Shown: piece after piece, positions 57,947-64,000 of the stretch
How positions within the stretch are numbered: position 1 is the first letter of the stretch
How the letters are laid out: each line of letters begins with the position of its first letter
Source: an uncultured virus (IMG/VR IMGVR_UViG_3300026521_000636)
Taxonomy: Duplodnaviria > Heunggongvirae > Uroviricota > Caudoviricetes
IMG/VR virus record: IMGVR_UViG_3300026521_000636
Reading direction: 5' to 3' (one strand)
DNA length: 64,000 bases
Notes under the pieces: model-generated
Databases searched by the model: none
The model's input: the letters and a program-made list of their open reading frames with translations, nothing else
What the model was told of the DNA's origin: nothing
Made by a program: the position numbers and the translations under genes

Positions 57947-58287
57947 TTATCACAACAAATAATGATATTAAAATCTACCAAATTTTTGAAGATATATATG
58001 ATGGTATTGATAATTTTATGGATATAGAAAGTCGTAATGTTATTGAACTTACAAAAATTATTATTAATAAAAACTCTCAGTTTAAGACACCAATATTTTT
58101 AGACAGTTATAGTAAAAGAATTGATAAATCATTTAAAAGAGAAACTGTGTGGTTTATTAAATGTGATAGTATAGTTTTTGATTGTAAAAGTGAAGAAATT
58201 GCAAATGCACTTTTTGACAAAATTGCCTTAGTTTTAGAATTTGGCGATGAACCTTTAAAAACTGTCGATGACCTTTTTGTATTTTAG
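57943..58287 (+). CDS. hypothetical early protein
   Basis: Ends TVDDLFVF. Confidence 0.75.
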   Translation: MIITTNNDIKIYQIFEDIYDGIDNFMDIESRNVIELTKIIINKNSQFKTPIFLDSYSKRIDKSFKRETVWFIKCDSIVFDCKSEEIANALFDKIALVLEFGDEPLKTVDDLFVF

Positions 58288-58296
58288 GAGTACATT

Positions 58297-58701
58297 ATGA
58301 AAATAACAAACAAAAAATTACTATCAGAAATAAACAAAGTTCTCCCTTACAGTTGTTCTGCAGCCGAATCTAATAGTACTGATAGAGCTATATATGTTAG
58401 ATGTAGTTCTTTACAGACAAAACAATTAGAGCAATTAAAAACAAAAATCCTAAATCATCTCAAATCTCTACCATATATGGATGAAAGTGTGGATATTATA
58501 TCTAGAGTTACAATCACTCAAAAACCTGTTCTAGATGGTTTCTATGTATTTGTATGGGGTAATAAAGAGGATGAAAAAAGTTTTCTAACTGCAAAACTTA
58601 CTTTAGAAACTGAATCGTTATTAGATATTAAAAAACAGGAATTAGCATTACGAGAAAAAATGCTTTCTACCGTAGAAGCATTAGCTGCATTAAAGGACTA
58701 A
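58297..58701 (+). CDS. hypothetical protein
   Basis: AGGAG RBS. Confidence 0.75.
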   Translation: MKITNKKLLSEINKVLPYSCSAAESNSTDRAIYVRCSSLQTKQLEQLKTKILNHLKSLPYMDESVDIISRVTITQKPVLDGFYVFVWGNKEDEKSFLTAKLTLETESLLDIKKQELALREKMLSTVEALAALKD

Positions 58702-58703
58702 AA

Positions 58704-59258
58704 ATGGATAATTTAATTTTAAAATCATCTAATAAATTTAAAATCGATGAATTTAAACGCATCATAGGTGATACTCTTATAATTGAAAATGGAGAAGATT
58801 TACCTGAAGTTGATGGTACTGCTGTTGAGGTTGTAATTTATAAATCAATTGCAGCAGGTAAAAATGTAATTGTCGAAGATACAACACTCACTATTGAAGG
58901 TGAAGAGGTAGTCGACATCAAATGGAAAATTGAAGAATTGCAAAATAAATATTCACTAGTGCCAGCTATTTGGAAAACTTATCTTGCTTATAATGATGGA
59001 GAAGAAATTCGAGTATATGAAGGTATAGTCAATGGTGTTATAATTCCAGATAGCAAAGATAAAGGATACGGATTTGATCCTTATTTTTTACCTGATGGAA
59101 GTGATCGTACTCTTGCTAAACTTTTAGATGACGGTGAAAAGGACAAATATAGTGCTAGACAAAAAGCATTGATCAATTTAGTTACTAATCATTTATTTGA
59201 TAGAATACCAACAAAAACAGTCCCTGTTTGGTCAGGAAAATATCAAAATCAAACTTGA
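58704..59258 (+). CDS. Ham1/ITPase-family non-canonical purine NTP pyrophosphatase
   Basis: SSNKFK, LPEV, VEDT, GYGFDPYF, SAR. Confidence 0.9.
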   Translation: MDNLILKSSNKFKIDEFKRIIGDTLIIENGEDLPEVDGTAVEVVIYKSIAAGKNVIVEDTTLTIEGEEVVDIKWKIEELQNKYSLVPAIWKTYLAYNDGEEIRVYEGIVNGVIIPDSKDKGYGFDPYFLPDGSDRTLAKLLDDGEKDKYSARQKALINLVTNHLFDRIPTKTVPVWSGKYQNQT

Positions 59259-59312
59259 CTTTTTACCTATTTTATGTTATAATATGGCATAATTAAAGAA
59301 AAGGTGTAAAAG

Positions 59313-59564
59313 ATGAAAAAGCTAGTTATATCAGTTGTTACAGATGAAGGTAAAAAATATATCAAAAAAGGATTCTTAGGTTCAAAGACAGTTAGTACAG
59401 TTGAACTAGAAGATGCAACATTATATTCAAAACCTGATGATGTTGAATGGGTTTTAGCAAATTATGAACTACCTTCTCCAGTTATTGAAGTAGTCGATAT
59501 TCAAATTTCAAAATCATTGGAATCTGCAAAAGAAAAATATTTAGCATATGCCGAAATGCTTTAA
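59313..59564 (+). CDS. hypothetical early protein
   Basis: Promoter cassette at 59255. Confidence 0.75.
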   Translation: MKKLVISVVTDEGKKYIKKGFLGSKTVSTVELEDATLYSKPDDVEWVLANYELPSPVIEVVDIQISKSLESAKEKYLAYAEML

Positions 59565-59574
59565 AGGATAAAAG

Positions 59575-59781
59575 ATGAATTTAGAAGAAAGAATTAATAA
59601 AAGAGCAAAAGAGATAGAAGCCTCATTTCCGATGGATGTTGAAGCTGTTGCAATTGATGTTGAAGAAGATGGCAACAACACTTATGTAAGTTGGATTGTT
59701 TTAGATAATAGTATCTATGATGTCACACATGCTCAAATTAGAAACTTCGATGAAAAATTAGAAGGGGTAGAAAATGAATAA
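59575..59781 (+). CDS. hypothetical protein
   Basis: AAGGA RBS. Confidence 0.7.
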   Translation: MNLEERINKRAKEIEASFPMDVEAVAIDVEEDGNNTYVSWIVLDNSIYDVTHAQIRNFDEKLEGVENE

Positions 59782-60025
59782 TATATCTTCATTACCAGAA
59801 GAGGTAGATCATTTCTTAGCAGACTTAGCACAATATGGTTCAAATCCAGAAATAGACTATAATGATATTATTAATTTTGCAAATGCAAATGATACAGATA
59901 GTATTCTATCAATAAAAGCTCATATTGCAGATATAGCAGAGTTAGATTTTGATTTTGAAGATGATGAAGTAATTATCTCTTTAGATGCAATAGCTTCTTT
60001 AGTAAAAAATACTGAAAACTCTTGA
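59774..60025 (+). CDS. hypothetical protein, paralog of 46366-46614
   Basis: Shared motif pattern. Confidence 0.75.
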   Translation: MNNISSLPEEVDHFLADLAQYGSNPEIDYNDIINFANANDTDSILSIKAHIADIAELDFDFEDDEVIISLDAIASLVKNTENS

Positions 60026-60079
60026 CTTTTTACTCAAATAATGTTATAATATGGCATAATTAAAGAAAAGGTGTAAAAG

Positions 60080-60310
60080 ATGAAAAGATTCAAAGTGATT
60101 AAAGAATCGGAAAACTTTGGAAGAGAAGTTGTTTATGAAGCAGATAATAGAGAGGATGCAGAAACTTCTCTTATCGATTGTATAGCATGTACAATCTCAA
60201 ACTTCGATGAGTATAGTTGTGATGATATTGATGAAATTCAATATCAAGGTTTTGAAGGTTATGGTAATGGAATCATATACATAGAAGATGATGGTATCAA
60301 ACCATTTTAA
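60080..60310 (+). CDS. hypothetical acidic protein
   Basis: Promoter cassette at 60022. Confidence 0.75.
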   Translation: MKRFKVIKESENFGREVVYEADNREDAETSLIDCIACTISNFDEYSCDDIDEIQYQGFEGYGNGIIYIEDDGIKPF

Positions 60311-60326
60311 TAAGAAAGGGTAAAAA

Positions 60327-60641
60327 ATGTTAATTTTTTCTAAACAAGTCTTTGAAGTTGATTTTGAAATTGAAGATACTTCTATTGAAGGAAAATACCA
60401 ATATTCTACACAAACTGACAACTTTGTCGGGTATGAGTATAATACAGAGGTTGAACTAAATTCAGATATTAAAGTTGAATCAGACATTGCAACAACCATC
60501 CTCGATAGTGATGATATTGAAAATATTATCGAGGAAATGGATATTGATTATGCAATGGACGAAATTCTTATCATATCTAAACAGGATATAGCAGATTATA
60601 TCGGTGCAGATACAATTAAATCAATTAAAGTACAGGAGTAA
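60327..60641 (+). CDS. hypothetical acidic protein
   Basis: AAGGG RBS. Confidence 0.75.
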   Translation: MLIFSKQVFEVDFEIEDTSIEGKYQYSTQTDNFVGYEYNTEVELNSDIKVESDIATTILDSDDIENIIEEMDIDYAMDEILIISKQDIADYIGADTIKSIKVQE

Positions 60642-60644
60642 AAT

Positions 60645-60839
60645 ATGAATCCTAAAGCATTTAACATCATCTTCTGGGGAATTTTCTCAATATCACTCAT
60701 TTCTATCATAGTACAAATGGTAGTAGTAGGGTGGTTAGGTGTAACGGCAGTTAAAGAAGTTCAAGATAACAATGGAAGTGTAGGACAAACTATCGGTAAA
60801 TTTATCGGTGATGTTCAAAAAGGCATGAAAAGTAACTAA
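60645..60839 (+). CDS. small membrane protein
   Basis: AGGAG RBS; one long hydrophobic segment. Confidence 0.7.
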   Translation: MNPKAFNIIFWGIFSISLISIIVQMVVVGWLGVTAVKEVQDNNGSVGQTIGKFIGDVQKGMKSN

Positions 60840-60902
60840 ATTGCTTGACTTTTTACTCAAATAATGTTATAATATGGCATAATTAAAGAAAAGGTGTAAA
60901 AA

Positions 60903-61178
60903 ATGAATATCGAAAGAGTAGTAAATACAATAGCAAACAATTTAGTTGACCAAGAGGTTTTAAATGAAGCATTAGAGGCTATCGAAAATGATGATATGGA
61001 TAACCAATCATATTGGCAAGCAGCAGGCTCAATCGTTGAACCGGAATTAAATTCGGAAGATGAAGAAGAGTATTTTGAAATGTTGGAAAATGATCCTCAA
61101 AACTGGATAGGTTTTATCACTAGCATCGATGAAAGATTTCTTCCAATTGCTGAAAAAGTTGTAGAGTACGGATATTAA
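60903..61178 (+). CDS. hypothetical acidic protein
   Basis: Promoter cassette at 60845. Confidence 0.75.
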   Translation: MNIERVVNTIANNLVDQEVLNEALEAIENDDMDNQSYWQAAGSIVEPELNSEDEEEYFEMLENDPQNWIGFITSIDERFLPIAEKVVEYGY

Positions 61179-61179
61179 A

Positions 61180-61395
61180 ATGTTTTCTACAATCTGGAAA
61201 AAAATCACAAGTCCCTTATACAAAAAAGGGACTGTAAATTTTGGTAATGGTCAAATAGATGCATTACAAAATAAACTAACTAAAAGAGTTATTATCGATC
61301 TATCAAATGATACAATGAATCAACTCTTCAAAGAAAAAAAATCTTATGATACATTTTATAATGAAGATGGGTATGGAATGGAAGGGATAAAATAA
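61180..61395 (+). CDS. hypothetical protein
   Basis: 71-aa ORF in operon. Confidence 0.65.
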   Translation: MFSTIWKKITSPLYKKGTVNFGNGQIDALQNKLTKRVIIDLSNDTMNQLFKEKKSYDTFYNEDGYGMEGIK

Positions 61396-61808
61396 TGTTA
61401 CCATTACTATTATTTATTTTAGGTGCTTCGTTAGGTGATACATATACATTAGGCGCAGTTATTGCTAATGGTGCAAATGTAGTTTCGTATCTATATTTAT
61501 TTTTAATCATTATTGTAGTCTTTATTGTTGGTCTATCAGGAACTTCATTAGGACTACAAATGTCAAGAGGTTCTTCTTCATTACAATCATTAATGATGGG
61601 TATGGCTGGTTCAGGTATAGGTGTTTTAACAGGTCTTTGGATTATTCTTAGAACAGTTATTATGTATATACTTTTATACTATATATCAATGACAGACCAT
61701 TTCATTACAGAGTTCAATCAGTTACCTGCTACAACTATTATGGCGATACTATTGTTCTTTATTCTTTACTATACAAGAACTACAAAAGTATCAATTAAAA
61801 GATCTTGA
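61395..61808 (+). CDS. membrane protein
   Basis: About four hydrophobic segments. Confidence 0.75.
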   Translation: MLPLLLFILGASLGDTYTLGAVIANGANVVSYLYLFLIIIVVFIVGLSGTSLGLQMSRGSSSLQSLMMGMAGSGIGVLTGLWIILRTVIMYILLYYISMTDHFITEFNQLPATTIMAILLFFILYYTRTTKVSIKRS

Positions 61809-61866
61809 CTTTATCCCCTTTTTATGGTATAATAATATATCATAAAAATAAAGGGAGATAATAAAA

Positions 61867-62172
61867 ATGAAAATTCAAAAAATAGAAGCTTACAAAACAA
61901 CAGATGATAAAATCTTTGATAATATAGAAGATGCAGAAGATCATCAATATATCCTAGAACTACCAGCAAATGAAAATCAACATTTATCTAAAAGAGAACA
62001 AGAAGTATTTAACTATCTAACTAAAACCTCTTTAGAAAATAAAGAGATAGCAGAAAAACTTGGTGTTACTCTTACTACTATCAAAGCACATAGCAAAAAA
62101 ATCTATGAAAAAACAAATACAAAAAATCGTATAGAATTACTTATAAATCTTCAAAAAGAGTTGACTTATTAA
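61867..62172 (+). CDS. LuxR-type HTH protein
   Basis: LSKREQEV...NKEIAEKLGVTLTTIKAH...IYEK....NR.EL. Confidence 0.9.
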   Translation: MKIQKIEAYKTTDDKIFDNIEDAEDHQYILELPANENQHLSKREQEVFNYLTKTSLENKEIAEKLGVTLTTIKAHSKKIYEKTNTKNRIELLINLQKELTY

Positions 62173-62221
62173 TTATACTATGGTATAATATAGTATATTT
62201 AAAGAGAAAAGGATTTAAAAA

Positions 62222-62893
62222 ATGTTTACATCAACACTAACTCATAACCAACTTATCAAAAGTGGATTAATCATAAATGGTAATTTTAGAGGATCTATCG
62301 CATCTAAAGAGTTAATAACATTATCAAAAAGAGCAGAATCATATGTTAAAAGTATTATGGGAGAAGATCACTCTTTATCACCATTATATCTATTTGCCGA
62401 TTCAAAACATAATGGTGAAATCCTTACTAAGATTTGGAGAGAGTTAGTAATTAATACAGAGTTTGACTCGACGGAAAATGTTGAAAAAATCTCAAGCAGT
62501 AAAGCATATAAAATATCTGTACCGGCATACTTCATTACAGAAGTAGTTATCAAAAAGAAAGGGTATGTTACAAAAGTAAATAATTTCATAAAACGATTTT
62601 ATACAGCAATAAGTGTTTATGAATCTGCTCAAAAAACATTTGAAGAAAGAGAAGGAGTGAGACTAGACTGTTATCCTCCTATACAAAGACAATCAAGTAG
62701 AGAACTATATGAATTGGTGGATGCATATATTACAAAATTGGTCTCACTTATTGAAGAAAAAACATTTGAAAACAAACTCAAAGAGTTTAACTTTGTAGAT
62801 AGCATTTTAATAGACGGCAAATACCTTTCTTCAACGGCGGAAGGCAAACTATATTTTGTAGATAAAAAAGAGAAAACTATCGAAAAAGCTTGA
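62222..62893 (+). CDS. hypothetical early protein
   Basis: TTGACT-N17-TATAAT at 62161. Confidence 0.75.
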   Translation: MFTSTLTHNQLIKSGLIINGNFRGSIASKELITLSKRAESYVKSIMGEDHSLSPLYLFADSKHNGEILTKIWRELVINTEFDSTENVEKISSSKAYKISVPAYFITEVVIKKKGYVTKVNNFIKRFYTAISVYESAQKTFEEREGVRLDCYPPIQRQSSRELYELVDAYITKLVSLIEEKTFENKLKEFNFVDSILIDGKYLSSTAEGKLYFVDKKEKTIEKA

Positions 62894-62947
62894 TTAATAA
62901 ATCAAGCTGTGGTATAATATACTATAATTAATCAAAAGGGTAAAAAA

Positions 62948-63379
62948 ATGAATATCAAAAGTTTAATAGAAACACATAACATAGTTACAGAGAAGGAAAT
63001 TACTTATAAATTACCTTCTTATGGTTGTGATGAAAATTTAAAAGTCGATAATAAACCACAATCATTAGAAAGTGATAGAGTTTTTGAAATTCTTTTTAGT
63101 TTTGGTGGAGGTATGGGTGGTGCAAATAACACTCATTTTGGTTCTGATTTATCAGTAGAGGACGACTGTATTGTTTATAGAAATATACTTACAAATGAAA
63201 AAATCACACTTTATAAAAGATGGATAGTTTCTATTGTTGAGAAGGATTTACACCTATTCAAATTTTCGGATAAAGTATTAGCTCTCTATACATTACCAGT
63301 TGATACTAATCCGAATCAAATTAAATGGATACAATTCAACAGTAATAGACCTGATGAAAATTGCATCTATAAATTCTGA
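62948..63379 (+). CDS. hypothetical early protein
   Basis: TTGATT promoter at 62890. Confidence 0.75.
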   Translation: MNIKSLIETHNIVTEKEITYKLPSYGCDENLKVDNKPQSLESDRVFEILFSFGGGMGGANNTHFGSDLSVEDDCIVYRNILTNEKITLYKRWIVSIVEKDLHLFKFSDKVLALYTLPVDTNPNQIKWIQFNSNRPDENCIYKF

Positions 63380-63388
63380 TATAGATGC

Positions 63389-63417
63389 TTGATTTATTTA
63401 CTTTTTTATGTTATAAT
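63389..63417 (+). promoter_or_regulatory. early promoter with no long ORF downstream
   Basis: TTGATT-N17-TATAAT with extended TG. Confidence 0.7.
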
Positions 63418-63695
63418 ATAGGTAACAAAAGGGAAGAGAAAGAGGAAGAAAAATTTCCCTAAGAAAAAATAAAAATCCCTTATTTTAAAGGGGTTTTGGA
63501 GGGGTAGAATGATATTTCTTGGATATGGGTAAAAAAGTAACAAAATTTTTGAATAAATCGAATTTTTTTGTTAGTTTAATAAGACTTTAAGGGAAGGTAT
63601 GTTAAGTGTTAAAATGGTTTTTTTGCTTAAGGAGTGTTTAAGGTGTCATATCTGCCCGTGAAACCATAGGAATTAAGATTTTTACTTCCAAAAAC

Positions 63696-63813
63696 TTCCA
63701 AAAAAGATTAGTTTTTACCTCTATTTTACTCTGATTTTTAGTTCCAAAAAAGATTAGTTTTTACCTCTATTTTACTCTGATTTTTAGTTCCAAAAAAGAT
63801 TAGTTTTTACCTC
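63696..63813. repeat. perfect 46-bp tandem repeat, ~2.6 copies
   Basis: TTCCAAAAAAGATTAGTTTTTACCTCTATTTTACTCTGATTTTTAG at 63696, 63742 and partial at 63788. Confidence 0.9.
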
Positions 63814-64000
63814 CTGATTTCTTCAAAAATACATCAATTAATATCTTAATTAATAACTCATCACCCAATTAGGACAATCTGTATCATGTTGAAATCCTAC
63901 ACATTCACATCCACCTTCTGGGATATATTCAACTCTAATTCTAACATAACCTTTATATTTTCCATTTTCATTTATTTCATTCGGATCTATTTCAAGAATA

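Noticed and set aside
57881..60902. Repeated cassettes as CRISPR repeats or integron attC sites
   Set aside because: They are -35/-10/RBS elements separated by whole genes, lack attC structure, and no integrase is present.
2108..61510. Many overlapping antisense or alternate-frame ORFs in the track (e.g. 2108-2479, 20970-21395, 26299-26565, 45877-46248, 51163-51633, 53787-54062, 60197-60499)
   Set aside because: They lie inside well-supported genes, lack RBSs and look like shadow ORFs.
63696..63813. 46-bp repeats as a CRISPR array
   Set aside because: The copies are contiguous with no unique spacers.
1..64000. Stop-codon reassignment as seen in some large phages
   Set aside because: Conserved genes are full length and tile densely under the standard code, and TAA, TAG and TGA all end genes.
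63853..64000. Possible frameshift in a partial minus-strand ORF (GGCEC then GFQHDTDCPNW in another frame)
   Set aside because: The gene is cut by the window edge and cannot be evaluated without homologs or reads.

Overview
This is a very AT-rich, densely coding segment (standard genetic code) of a large, T4-like or jumbo-type phage genome. Phage signs are rIIA/rIIB, a UvsW-like helicase fragment, a T4 Rnl1 ligase, NrdB, GroES and TATAAATA late-type promoters. The host is probably a Campylobacterota bacterium; this is inferred from a prepilin leader, the tmRNA tag style and TGnTATAAT/TTAAG promoters. The left ~29 kb is dominated by RNA-repair and translation-rescue genes: SmpB, an unannotated 382-nt tmRNA, Hen1, Pnkp, Thg1, an RlmN-like radical SAM enzyme, an Rnl1 ligase, Ro60/TROVE, HAD and Nudix. 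It also holds a PncA-RlmN-NadE operon and a helicase gene that ends in a 28-aa N-intein, a probable atypical split intein. The right ~34 kb is two divergent arms of small early genes driven by near-identical ~60-bp promoter/RBS cassettes. It contains two plasmid-type Rep_3 initiators (one with iteron-like repeats), four polarised Fur-box-like palindromes, a GGDEF protein, Sir2, a sigma-factor-like protein and several ORF-free structured regions. All family calls come from recognising motifs by eye; no database searches or folding programs were run.
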